Positions 27,877 through 36,761 of a stretch of 64,000 nt of DNA are shown piece by piece. Position 1 is the first letter of the stretch. Each line of letters opens with the position of its first letter. The notes under the pieces are model-generated. The model did no database searches, was not told the origin of the DNA, and saw only the letters and a list, made by a program, of their open reading frames with translations. This DNA is from an uncultured bacterium (GTDB lineage: Bacteria; Babelota; Babeliae; Babelales; Babelaceae). The translations under genes were made by a program, and so were the position numbers. Location: the NCBI GenBank assembly GCA_963848965.1, contig CAWKFG010000004.1, positions 192,001-256,000 of the forward strand. Direction: 5' to 3'.

Positions 27877-27927
27877 TAAAGAAGCTGGCTGTGCCAGGCG
27901 TAGCTCCGTAGGAGCGAAGACTGGCGG
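27877..27927 (+). repeat. 51-bp direct repeat, tRNA-proximal copy
   Basis: Overlaps the last 6 nt of tRNA-Asp; hairpin GCTCC-GTA-GGAGC. Confidence 0.92.
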
Positions 27928-27999
27928 GGCTGACGAGGCTCGAACTCGCGACCTTCCGCGTGACAGGCGGACGCTCTGACCAAACTGAGCTACAGCCCC
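27922..27999 (-). tRNA. tRNA-Asp (GTC)
   Basis: Cloverleaf, anticodon loop CTGTCAC, TTCGA T-loop, encoded CCA. Confidence 0.97.
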
Positions 28000-28010
28000 G
28001 CTAAATTCTC

Positions 28011-28086
28011 TGGCTCCTCGGACAGGACTCGAACCTGTGACCTAACGATTAACAGTCGTGTGCTCTACCAACTGAGCTACCGAGGA
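28011..28086 (-). tRNA. tRNA-Asn (GTT)
   Basis: Cloverleaf, anticodon loop CTGTTAA, encoded CCA. Confidence 0.97.
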
Positions 28087-28095
28087 AAAATTTAA

Positions 28096-28171
28096 TGGTG
28101 GGCGGTGCTGGACTCGAACCAACGACCACCAGTTTGTAAGACTGGTGCTCTACCAACTGAGCTAACCGCCC
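28096..28171 (-). tRNA. tRNA-Val (TAC)
   Basis: Cloverleaf, anticodon loop CTTACAA, encoded CCA. Confidence 0.97.
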
Positions 28172-28182
28172 TCTGTACTATT

Positions 28183-28210
28183 ATTGTACCATACTTAGAG
28201 AATTATACAA
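28183..28210 (-). promoter_or_regulatory. Sigma70-like promoter of the tRNA operon
   Basis: TTGTAT-16 bp-TACAAT with TG extended -10. Confidence 0.5.
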
Positions 28211-28375
28211 GCCTAGGCTGCATTTTTATGCCTTTTTTAAGCGTTGCTTCGTCTAATTCATGGTAAGTAGAAAAAAAGTACCGTAAAAAAAAGAATTTGT
28301 CAAAAAAATATCACTTTTTTCTTAAATTTCGATTACACTTAAACAGGTTTAACATTTTATTGAAGCGAGGATCTT

Positions 28376-29284
28376 ATGGCGCGATTTGCTGATTATGTAA
28401 GGAATATCTTTTGGGTACTATTACTTTTACAGTTCCTTCCTGTATTTATTAAAAGTTTTAAGACCCACTACTCTGACCTTTTAGAAGCCAAAACTAAGGT
28501 GGGGGTCATCTGTATTGACGGAATAATCTACGAGTCAGATAAAAAGGTAAAAGAGCTTAAAAAGTTCTTTGAAGATAGTGATATAAAGGCTATTGTGCTT
28601 AAAATTGATTCTCCAGGAGGAGCTGCAGGCGGAGCTCAAGCACTGTATAACGAAATTAAACATTTTAAGAGTATTTATACAAATAAATATGTAATAGCTT
28701 ATGTTGAAAATATAGCCGCCTCTGGTGGGTACTATGTAGCATCTGCTGCAGACTATATTATTGCTACATCTGGGGCATTTATAGGAAGTATAGGTGTTTA
28801 TATTCAGCATCCTTATTTTAAAGATTTTATTGAACAATATAAGGTTAAATACGAAATAATAAAATCAGGTACCTATAAGGGTATGGGTAACATGTTTTTA
28901 GAACTCACTGATGAACAACGCAAGCTTTTACAAGGAGTTACTAATAACGTACACCAACAGTTTATTCGAGATGTAGCACAACAACGACCTGGCCTTGGGG
29001 ATACAAAGCTGTGGGGAGAAGCTCAAATATTTAGTGGAGAACAAGCTCTAAAGCTCAAGCTCATTGATGCTGTTGGCTCTCAGTCTACTGTTGTTAAAAC
29101 ACTAGAAGATAATGCCCACATTGAAGGCAAAATAGATTGGATAAAACCATCAAGAAAGCTTGGTATTCTTTCCTCACTTATTGGACAGGATAGCGATGAA
29201 GATAGTGGATCCTATCTTCATTCATTAGTCTCTACCGTATGTAAAGTAATTGAAGACCGTTATACGACCACTATTAGGACTTAA
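28376..29284 (+). CDS. sppA: Signal peptide peptidase SppA (S49)
   Basis: IDSPGG, AASGGYY, GSIGV, KSGTYK motifs. Confidence 0.93.
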   Translation: MARFADYVRNIFWVLLLLQFLPVFIKSFKTHYSDLLEAKTKVGVICIDGIIYESDKKVKELKKFFEDSDIKAIVLKIDSPGGAAGGAQALYNEIKHFKSIYTNKYVIAYVENIAASGGYYVASAADYIIATSGAFIGSIGVYIQHPYFKDFIEQYKVKYEIIKSGTYKGMGNMFLELTDEQRKLLQGVTNNVHQQFIRDVAQQRPGLGDTKLWGEAQIFSGEQALKLKLIDAVGSQSTVVKTLEDNAHIEGKIDWIKPSRKLGILSSLIGQDSDEDSGSYLHSLVSTVCKVIEDRYTTTIRT

Positions 29285-30188
29285 GAGGAATTTCGGTAGG
29301 AGGTTCTGGCAAAGTTGAGGAAGTATCTTCAACTTTGCTTTCTTCTGTAAGTTCTGCTCCCTTTTGTAGAATATAGCAATAAGAAATACGTGATAAGTCA
29401 ATTAAAGGCTTTATCGTTATTGCATGACTAAAGCTTTCCGGTTCACAGCTTGCTATATAACCAAGTCCAAAACCACGAGGAAATATAAGTCCTTCACCAC
29501 TTGAAATAACCATATCTCCCTCTTCAACTGTATCAAGATGGTTAACAAAGGTAAGGCGAGTATGCAAAGTATTGTTAACTCCTTCGTGAATACCCTGCAC
29601 TCCATTTTTTGAGCAATAAGCGGCTACCTTACAAAGTTTATCAGTAATAAGCGTCACCTTGCTGTAATAAGGATATACTTCTGTTACACGTCCTATTAAA
29701 CAATTTTTATAGACTGCTATCATATTAGGTACAATACCCTTGTTTTTTCCTGCATCAATAAGAAAAAAGTGCAGTGGCCGATCAGTATCCTTTTCTTCAA
29801 CTACTTCTGTTTGCATACGATCACCAAAGCTTTTAAAAAGTACTTGAGCAAGTACGCCTTTATCTGTCTTATAACGCTGTGCAAAATCAGTAAGCTCTTT
29901 TGTACCATCTTTATAACTGAGTATCGACTTTGTTTCAATAAGCTGCTTTTGTAAATTTTCTACCTGCTCTAATGAACTTTGCAAAAGGGAATTCAACTCT
30001 TTATACGAGGCCTTTTGTTGCCACCACCCTTGCAGCGGATGTACAAACGTATGTTGCAACACTAAAAATGGATATATAAAAACAGAGGCAATACCGTCTA
30101 TACTCTTTGATTGTAAAGAAAGAAACCGGTGTACCCCTACAAATAACAAAACTATTATGATAAGCGCATAAAAAACTTTTTTAACCAT
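29274..30188 (-). CDS. mreC: Rod shape-determining protein MreC
   Basis: N-terminal TM, coiled coil, LIGRV...SKVTLITD, SSGEGLIFPRG. Confidence 0.9.
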   Translation of the reverse strand: MVKKVFYALIIIVLLFVGVHRFLSLQSKSIDGIASVFIYPFLVLQHTFVHPLQGWWQQKASYKELNSLLQSSLEQVENLQKQLIETKSILSYKDGTKELTDFAQRYKTDKGVLAQVLFKSFGDRMQTEVVEEKDTDRPLHFFLIDAGKNKGIVPNMIAVYKNCLIGRVTEVYPYYSKVTLITDKLCKVAAYCSKNGVQGIHEGVNNTLHTRLTFVNHLDTVEEGDMVISSGEGLIFPRGFGLGYIASCEPESFSHAITIKPLIDLSRISYCYILQKGAELTEESKVEDTSSTLPEPPTEIPLKS

Positions 30189-30271
30189 ACAGAGAGCTCT
30201 GTTAAGATAGTTATCATATATACTTGTTAGTATACCAGAGCTCTCTTAAAACGCTACGTCCAACAATGTTC

Positions 30272-31414
30272 TTAATCAAGTACCGCCATAAACGGTGCAA
30301 ATTTATAGAATTTATAGCGTTCACACAAAGAACGAATACGCGGCACTAAAAGCAATGTATTAAATGCAAGCGAAGAAAGATAGCGTAAACGTGGTAACAC
30401 TGATCCCATCTCTTTACTATATAGCTTTCTATAAAGCGCTTTTTGCTCTTCGCTGCGCCTCATTTCCTGCTCAATAATTGCATCTTCCGTATCTTTTTTA
30501 GGATTTTTAAGCGCACATAGTATCTTGTATTTAGCATTATTATGTCGTAGGTCAACATTCAAATGAAAGTCATTATGAAGTTGATAATGCTCAGTAAAAT
30601 TACGTATCACTGCAGGCATTTCAGAGACAATATTTTTAATATCGCTATGATCTGCATCATAACCATTGATCTGTGTAGATACGTTTATCACACGCCCTGC
30701 TTCACTGCCTACATTCTCTAAGCAATAATTTCTAAACGTTGTAAGCGGTGTATACCACATCTTCATAGCACCGCGCCACGCTTTATGAGCATCGGTTGCA
30801 CCTAACAATTGAATGAGATCACTTGAAGAATAGAAATTACATAGCATAGTAAAGTTACTTGGTCTATATGACTGATCACCTGCTATTACCGGTGTGCCAA
30901 AATGAATCATTAAGTCAATTTTACCTTTAATATGATTACTTGCGTAATTTACTACATTACCACCATGACTGTGAGCAATAGTGATAATACGATGTCCATG
31001 ATGCTCATCAATAACCTGAGCAAGGTGTTTTCCTGCTTCATAACGATAGTTGTGCCCATCGTACCCTGACCATCGATAGAATACAAGTCGTACAGGCGCT
31101 TTATATTCATCAGCAAGTTTTTGAGCATATACTTTTACGCCTGGGAAAAAGTACTGTGCTTCATTTTGATATTCTTTGCTTTCTGCAGCAAATGTACCGT
31201 GCACTACAATAAGTGCAATTGGTTCTTTGCTCTCTATCTCTTCAGGTGTATACAGTAACGTACGCCGTACTCCTAGAAGTTGCGGCGCCTTCCATGCTAA
31301 CATGCCATAAGCACCCGCGATATCTTCGCTTGTGAACTCTTTCCACGTTACAGCACCATATAAAGAGAGAATCAAACTGGATACTATCCACACACAGACA
31401 AATAATTTTTTCAT
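30272..31414 (-). CDS. Secreted alpha/beta-hydrolase (lipase-like)
   Basis: Signal peptide from ATG 31414; VHGT, AHSHGG nucleophile elbow, D and H candidates. Confidence 0.82.
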   Translation of the reverse strand: MKKLFVCVWIVSSLILSLYGAVTWKEFTSEDIAGAYGMLAWKAPQLLGVRRTLLYTPEEIESKEPIALIVVHGTFAAESKEYQNEAQYFFPGVKVYAQKLADEYKAPVRLVFYRWSGYDGHNYRYEAGKHLAQVIDEHHGHRIITIAHSHGGNVVNYASNHIKGKIDLMIHFGTPVIAGDQSYRPSNFTMLCNFYSSSDLIQLLGATDAHKAWRGAMKMWYTPLTTFRNYCLENVGSEAGRVINVSTQINGYDADHSDIKNIVSEMPAVIRNFTEHYQLHNDFHLNVDLRHNNAKYKILCALKNPKKDTEDAIIEQEMRRSEEQKALYRKLYSKEMGSVLPRLRYLSSLAFNTLLLVPRIRSLCERYKFYKFAPFMAVLD

Positions 31415-31585
31415 GATACAACAAAACCTCCATAATAGATAAAAAACCATTTAATTTAAAGCTTTTTTATAGTATACGCGACAATACTTGTGTTGTCGAA
31501 AGGGGTAAAGAATGACAAAAATAATTGAAAATGCTATGATGGTGTAAAGTATTAAATAAAAGCATATTTCCACAAGGAGACCCTT

Positions 31586-32695
31586 ATGATCAAACATTCT
31601 ATTATAGTTCTCGCACACTTATTAATGCCCTTCTCTGCTTACTCACTGTTTACTGACGAACGCGGAGATGCTCTCATATATGCCATACGTATTGGCAATA
31701 TAGAACGTGTCAACAAAGCCTTACAAGATGGAGCATCAGTAAATTATTTAGAGGGATTCCCCCTTATTCTTGCCCTAGAAAACAACAGAGATGCTATAGC
31801 TCTACGACTTATTGAAGCAGGAGCAGATGTACATTTAAAAGAAGATGAAGCTTTCCTTATTGCAATTTCTCGTGAAAACCTAAATATGGTAAAACTTCTT
31901 TTAGCTCGTGGCGCTCAAATTAATAGACAGTCTGAAAACACTCTAACACGCGGATTTGAGGTTTTAGATGCTCCTAATGAAGGTTATGGCGCACCTTCTC
32001 TTGCGCGTTGTGCTATGGCACTGGAGCAACCTGCTCATAATCCTCAATTACATTCACACGGCTTTGAAATTATGAAAGAATTGTTAAAACGCGGTGCAGA
32101 TACTCTTGCTGCTTATAAATATGCAGATGCTATAGCGAAAGCGGATGGCCCTGATAAACACACCTATCAGGTTCTTCTAAGATATCTAGCATTTAAAAAA
32201 AACTATATTGCTATAAAATGCAAAGAGCTAAAAGATAATAAATACTCTCGTGCTTGTAACCCAGAAGTAACGGATCTACCCTATGGTCTCTGGCTTATAC
32301 TCCCTGCTAGACGTAACCATGAAAACTGTTCTCATCAAACTCCTTTTATATGGGCTTGCGCTTTAGCACATGAAGAAGACGTAAAAGCTCTCCTTAATTG
32401 TGGACTTCCTAAATCTTATAGTAATGCTCGAGATATCAGAGGATATACAGCTTTAATGTATGCAGCAAAACACAATCACAGTAATATTATTAAGCTACTT
32501 GCAACAAATGATCTTAGAGATAAAAATGGAAGATTAGTACTTACTAATAATGTTACTCAGTACATTGAAGCACTCATAGAGGCTACTAAAGAAAACAATT
32601 ATATACTCGCAACCGAGATCTTTCTTTTCCTTATTGCTCCCAACTTTGGTAAACAACGAAGTATTGATTTTATTAGCCCTCCTACAAAAGAGTAA
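31586..32695 (+). CDS. Secreted ankyrin-repeat protein
   Basis: Signal peptide; repeated LxxAxxxxxxxxVxxLLxxGA; GYTALMYAA. Confidence 0.88.
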   Translation: MIKHSIIVLAHLLMPFSAYSLFTDERGDALIYAIRIGNIERVNKALQDGASVNYLEGFPLILALENNRDAIALRLIEAGADVHLKEDEAFLIAISRENLNMVKLLLARGAQINRQSENTLTRGFEVLDAPNEGYGAPSLARCAMALEQPAHNPQLHSHGFEIMKELLKRGADTLAAYKYADAIAKADGPDKHTYQVLLRYLAFKKNYIAIKCKELKDNKYSRACNPEVTDLPYGLWLILPARRNHENCSHQTPFIWACALAHEEDVKALLNCGLPKSYSNARDIRGYTALMYAAKHNHSNIIKLLATNDLRDKNGRLVLTNNVTQYIEALIEATKENNYILATEIFLFLIAPNFGKQRSIDFISPPTKE

Positions 32696-32696
32696 C

Positions 32697-32738
32697 AAAA
32701 AGGGCGCTTGGATTTTCTCCAAGCGCCCTCTGTTTTTT
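32697..32738. terminator. Bidirectional intrinsic terminator
   Basis: AGGGCGCTTGGA/TCCAAGCGCCCT hairpin with A and T tracts. Confidence 0.78.
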
Positions 32739-32783
32739 AAAAGCCTTTGTTATGCAACATCAGTTACAAACGAATTAGCAATG

Positions 32784-34208
32784 TCATCTGCCCGTCGCAA
32801 AAAGTTTCTTACCGGCTTTGCAAGGCATATTATAAAGTTGTGTATATATTCGTGAAAAGATGTTACCTTTACTAAAGATATCTCTTCTATACAAATCGGA
32901 GAACTTCTTTTTCTGTTCATTGCTATACGGTACTTCCTGTTGTGCAGACTCTTGTTTATGCAGCATATCTGTTGTAGGTAAGTTTCTAATAGCAAGTATA
33001 AGACGTTTATCCTCGGCTGTATTTTTTTCCAGATCTATATTAAGGTCAAGATCATCATTAGCTATATATCGTTGTACAACTCGAGCACGAACGTTCCATA
33101 ATTCACTAAGAACACCTTGCTTTAAGATGCTGTGATCTGGATCACATCCGTTTAACTGCGTTCTTATGTTAACAATTCGCTTAACGTGAGCTTGTTGCAT
33201 CTCATCATCAGTCATAGATATCTTACGTTGAGGATCAAACATATGAACAATTCCCCATGTGTAATCACCTGGATGTGCTCCTGCTGCTAAATCCTGCATT
33301 TCTTGCTCTAATGGTAACGTTACCTTATTACCGCCAAAAAGACCTTTAAAGCCTCGTCCAAATGCTGAGAACTTATCTCCTACATATGAAGCAGCTTTCT
33401 TAGCAATAATGCCAATGCTTCTGTGTGCATTACAACCACCGCCAAGCTGAATAATATCTCCAGTGGAGTAAAAGTTAAGAAGAAGATCTATATTCATTGG
33501 TCTACATTCTTTAAAATCATGCCCTTCCTGAATTATAGGAGCACCTATATGTACTGCAAGTGCAATAGAATTAAAGAGCGAATGGCTTGCATGATTCACC
33601 ACGTTACCACCATGGCTATGAGCTATAGTAACAACTCTAAAATTAGAGAAGTAGGTATTAATTAAGTCCGCTAATACCTGTCCTGCAGATCGCCGTGCCG
33701 AATCCTCTTCAGCACCAGTCCAACCAAATGTTAGCATATGTACAGAAGTGTTTTGATAATATGCTGCTTGTTCTGCAAACTTCTTAGTCTTAGGAAGCAA
33801 GTTCATTCGATTTTCTTCATTCTCATCCATATACTCTGGGCTATGTGCTCGCGCATTAGTTCCATGAATAAGAAATACCACTATTGGAGCTGCGTGAGGA
33901 TCACGGTTAACAGGATTATATACCTTATAATGGAATACTCCTGCTCCTACAGACTCACTTATTTGTCTCCACCTAAACTTGTCTGCAATTATATTTGGTG
34001 AAACATCATTCCATCCAGTAGTATTAGGAATTTGGATCTGCTGTGGCTGTGCAATGCCATCTACATCAAGCCAGCTGTCTGCTAATGCGTCTTTTCCATA
34101 CCACGAACTGGCAGGATCAACGCCTGAAAAATGTCGTACCCCATCTGCGTGGACTAATCCACTCATAGATACGAGTGCTATAAGCGCTATAGCTATTTTA
34201 TATACCAT
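32784..34208 (-). CDS. Secreted alpha/beta-hydrolase (lipase-like), paralog of 30272..31414
   Basis: Signal peptide; IHGT, TIAHSHGGNVVN, NFYSTGDIIQ, DPDH. Confidence 0.82.
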   Translation of the reverse strand: MVYKIAIALIALVSMSGLVHADGVRHFSGVDPASSWYGKDALADSWLDVDGIAQPQQIQIPNTTGWNDVSPNIIADKFRWRQISESVGAGVFHYKVYNPVNRDPHAAPIVVFLIHGTNARAHSPEYMDENEENRMNLLPKTKKFAEQAAYYQNTSVHMLTFGWTGAEEDSARRSAGQVLADLINTYFSNFRVVTIAHSHGGNVVNHASHSLFNSIALAVHIGAPIIQEGHDFKECRPMNIDLLLNFYSTGDIIQLGGGCNAHRSIGIIAKKAASYVGDKFSAFGRGFKGLFGGNKVTLPLEQEMQDLAAGAHPGDYTWGIVHMFDPQRKISMTDDEMQQAHVKRIVNIRTQLNGCDPDHSILKQGVLSELWNVRARVVQRYIANDDLDLNIDLEKNTAEDKRLILAIRNLPTTDMLHKQESAQQEVPYSNEQKKKFSDLYRRDIFSKGNIFSRIYTQLYNMPCKAGKKLFATGR

Positions 34209-34469
34209 ACACCACCTATTTGTTAAATGTATTTATGTCAAAAATATTTTACTCCACTTGTATCAAAGAATACCTTATTTTGTATATTTGTCAACATGCT
34301 TATTTCTTTTAAATTATCAGATAAAAAATTTTACCTTCGCTTACTCACCATTTTCCTTATAAGTATAAAAGAGTATACCATACAGAACCTACCTTTATCA
34401 AAAGGTATCTTCTTTCTTAAAGTAAGCGAAACCAAATTATCATTAAACAAAGATTAAAGTCGGCAAGAT

Positions 34470-34596
34470 ATTCTCCACCTCATAACGACATGAGCTAGAG
34501 CTCGTGGAGGCCTAGACCTCTTATAAAGAAGCAGTGACCAATGAAGTGAAAATAGTAATGCTTGTATCCCCGCCCGACCTTAGAGGGAGATATCAC
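34470..34596 (+). mobile_element. Possible degenerate IS605/TnpB 3'-end remnant
   Basis: GTGGAGGC...GAAGCAG...ATCCCCGCCCGACCTTAGAGGGAGATATCAC resembles the recalled right-end organisation of IS605-type elements; no ORF. Confidence 0.3.
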
Positions 34597-34637
34597 TATA
34601 AAAGACATTATATTTTTTATACTATTTGCGAAAAGCA

Positions 34638-34667
34638 TTGACATTGAATAAAGCATTTTTATAAAAT
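34638..34667 (+). promoter_or_regulatory. Sigma70-like promoter
   Basis: TTGACA-18 bp-TAAAAT upstream of the small Cys-peptide operon. Confidence 0.5.
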
Positions 34668-34699
34668 TAATTCAGGTAGATAATTAAACAGGAGAAAAA

Positions 34700-34969
34700 A
34701 TGTTTCGTTATGCAAAAACAGCTTTACTACTCATTGCTAGCATGCTCTACATCTCTGTATCGGCAGGCACCTGTACATGTAAAATCGGTTCGCCAATGCC
34801 CACAGTAAGTCATCCTCAACCGGGAGTAACGATATCACAAATGAATTACTCAGAAACACTTCGTGGTGGGGTTCCTTCTCGCCAAGCATGCAAGGAGCTC
34901 TGCAAAAAAGTACGTAGAGACTTTGGATATCCACGAAATACGCCTGTTAATTATTCATTTAAACCATAA
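34700..34969 (+). CDS. Small secreted cysteine-rich protein (CxC...CxxxC)
   Basis: RBS AGGAG, signal peptide ending VSA, CTC and CKELC. Confidence 0.8.
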   Translation: MFRYAKTALLLIASMLYISVSAGTCTCKIGSPMPTVSHPQPGVTISQMNYSETLRGGVPSRQACKELCKKVRRDFGYPRNTPVNYSFKP

Positions 34970-35003
34970 GGAAACAAACACATTACTTTAAAAAGGAGAA
35001 ACT

Positions 35004-35150
35004 ATGTTTAAGAAAATCGCTTTAATGACTATTGCAGCAGTAATCTTTATGTCATCATTGCCTGTATTTGGATGTCCCTGCGGAGGAGCACGTCCTAAAA
35101 CATCAACTTCTAAAGTTCCACAAAATGGACAACAATCAACAAGAAGATAA
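35004..35150 (+). CDS. 48-aa secreted/lipo-peptide, mature part CPCGGARPK...
   Basis: Not in ORF track; RBS AAGGAG, MFKKIALMTIAAVIFMSSLPVFG|CPC..., terminator immediately after. Confidence 0.75.
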   Translation: MFKKIALMTIAAVIFMSSLPVFGCPCGGARPKTSTSKVPQNGQQSTRR

Positions 35151-35156
35151 ATAATT

Positions 35157-35177
35157 AAGGGCCCTTAAAGGGCCTTT
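35157..35177. terminator. Intrinsic terminator
   Basis: AAGGGCCCTT/AAGGGCCTTT hairpin. Confidence 0.65.
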
Positions 35178-35294
35178 CATTTAGTTAATCATACAAAACA
35201 CTTTTTCATCACTGTTTCTAGTATAAGTGACAAACAGCACACGTATGCTTTTACAACAACAAATGTAGTAATGTATACACCCTTTAATGCACAA

Positions 35295-36740
35295 CTAATC
35301 ATAATTTTGCGGATGCATAGTATGCCATGGTGTCGCCTGTTCGTAGGCATAGGCAGCTTGATATAACTGACCTTCTGACAAATCTGGCCCCACTAACTGG
35401 AACCCTATAGGAAGCATACTTTTAGTAAACCCACATGGAACACTTAATGCAGGAATACCTGCTAAATTAATAGGACCTGTAAAATAATCCTGAAGATCCA
35501 TCTCTATACTATTACCTTCATAGGCGCCAAACTTAAATGCTGGTATAGGAGCTCCTGGCATAAACAGCAGATCTACCTCTTTAAATGCTCTCATAAACTC
35601 ATCACGTATAAGACCTTGAACAATCTTAGCACTATTATAAAATTGATCTGCATGCCCTACTGATAATACATAATTACCAATTAAAATACGTGACTTTACT
35701 TCTAAACCAAATCCTTCATAACGAGTATTTGTATACATCTGGTTTAGTGTCTTACTCTCTTTACTTCTAAGGCCATAACGTACTCCGTCAAATCGTGCAA
35801 GATTAGATGCTGCTTCTGCACGACTCACCATAAAATAGGCAGCAGTTCCATGGTCCATCATAGGTAAAGTAAGACGTTTAATACGAGCACCTAATTTTTC
35901 AAAAGTACGTAGTGCTTCATTCAAACCAGTATACACTTCTTCATCAAATCCTTGAGCTTCAAGAGCATTATCTATAACTCCTAACGTAAACCCTTCTTTT
36001 AACTTTCCTGTTAAATACTTTGTATAATCTTGTGATACAACCTGTAGGCAACTTGAATCTCGATCATCTTTTCCAGCAATAAAAGACAGAATAAGTGCAT
36101 TATCATAGACATTACGTGTCAGCGGTCCTATCTGATCTAAAGAAGAAGCATATGCTATAAGACCATAACGAGAAACACGACCATATGTTGGTTTTAATCC
36201 TACAATTCCACAAAATGTCGCTGGTTGTCGTATAGATCCTCCCGTATCTGAACCTAATGCCCAAGGTACTAACCCTGCTGCTACAGCAGCTGCAGAACCA
36301 CTACTCGATCCTCCCGGAACTCTACTTGTATCCCACGGGTTTTTTGTAAGTTGAAATGCAGAAGCCTCAGAAGAGCTGCCCATACCAAACTCATCCATAT
36401 TTGCTCTTCCAATGAGCGGTGCTCCAGAGGCTTTAAGCCTTTTTATTGTAGTAGCATCATACGGTGCATTATAGTTTTCTAAAATCTTTGATGCACATGA
36501 GGTAACGCGTCCTTGCTGACATATGTTATCTTTTATAAGCCCTGGAATACCACGTAATGGTCCATCACCTGTTTTTTCCATAATAGATGATTGATCAAAA
36601 ATTTCTAAAGCAGATCCTAAAGTTGTATCATACTTTTTAAACCGCTCACCATAATAGGCGATAAGCTCTTGTGAAGTTATTTCTTTATCTTCAATTTTTT
36701 TTTGCAATGTTTTTATTGAAGCAAATGCTAGTTCTTTCAT
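35295..36740 (-). CDS. gatA: Asp/Glu-tRNA amidotransferase subunit A, copy 2
   Basis: [35 protein letters not shown]. Confidence 0.95.
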   Translation of the reverse strand: MKELAFASIKTLQKKIEDKEITSQELIAYYGERFKKYDTTLGSALEIFDQSSIMEKTGDGPLRGIPGLIKDNICQQGRVTSCASKILENYNAPYDATTIKRLKASGAPLIGRANMDEFGMGSSSEASAFQLTKNPWDTSRVPGGSSSGSAAAVAAGLVPWALGSDTGGSIRQPATFCGIVGLKPTYGRVSRYGLIAYASSLDQIGPLTRNVYDNALILSFIAGKDDRDSSCLQVVSQDYTKYLTGKLKEGFTLGVIDNALEAQGFDEEVYTGLNEALRTFEKLGARIKRLTLPMMDHGTAAYFMVSRAEAASNLARFDGVRYGLRSKESKTLNQMYTNTRYEGFGLEVKSRILIGNYVLSVGHADQFYNSAKIVQGLIRDEFMRAFKEVDLLFMPGAPIPAFKFGAYEGNSIEMDLQDYFTGPINLAGIPALSVPCGFTKSMLPIGFQLVGPDLSEGQLYQAAYAYEQATPWHTMHPQNYD

Positions 36741-36761
36741 GCAAACCTTACTCGTAACATT

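Larger units (their letters stand above)
24925..27921. mobile_element. ~3.0-kb integrated cassette at tRNA-Asp 3' end, no recombinase gene
   Basis: Flanked by 51-bp direct repeats 3003 bp apart; cargo YhcG, CPBP protease, NpmA-like methyltransferase. Confidence 0.78.
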
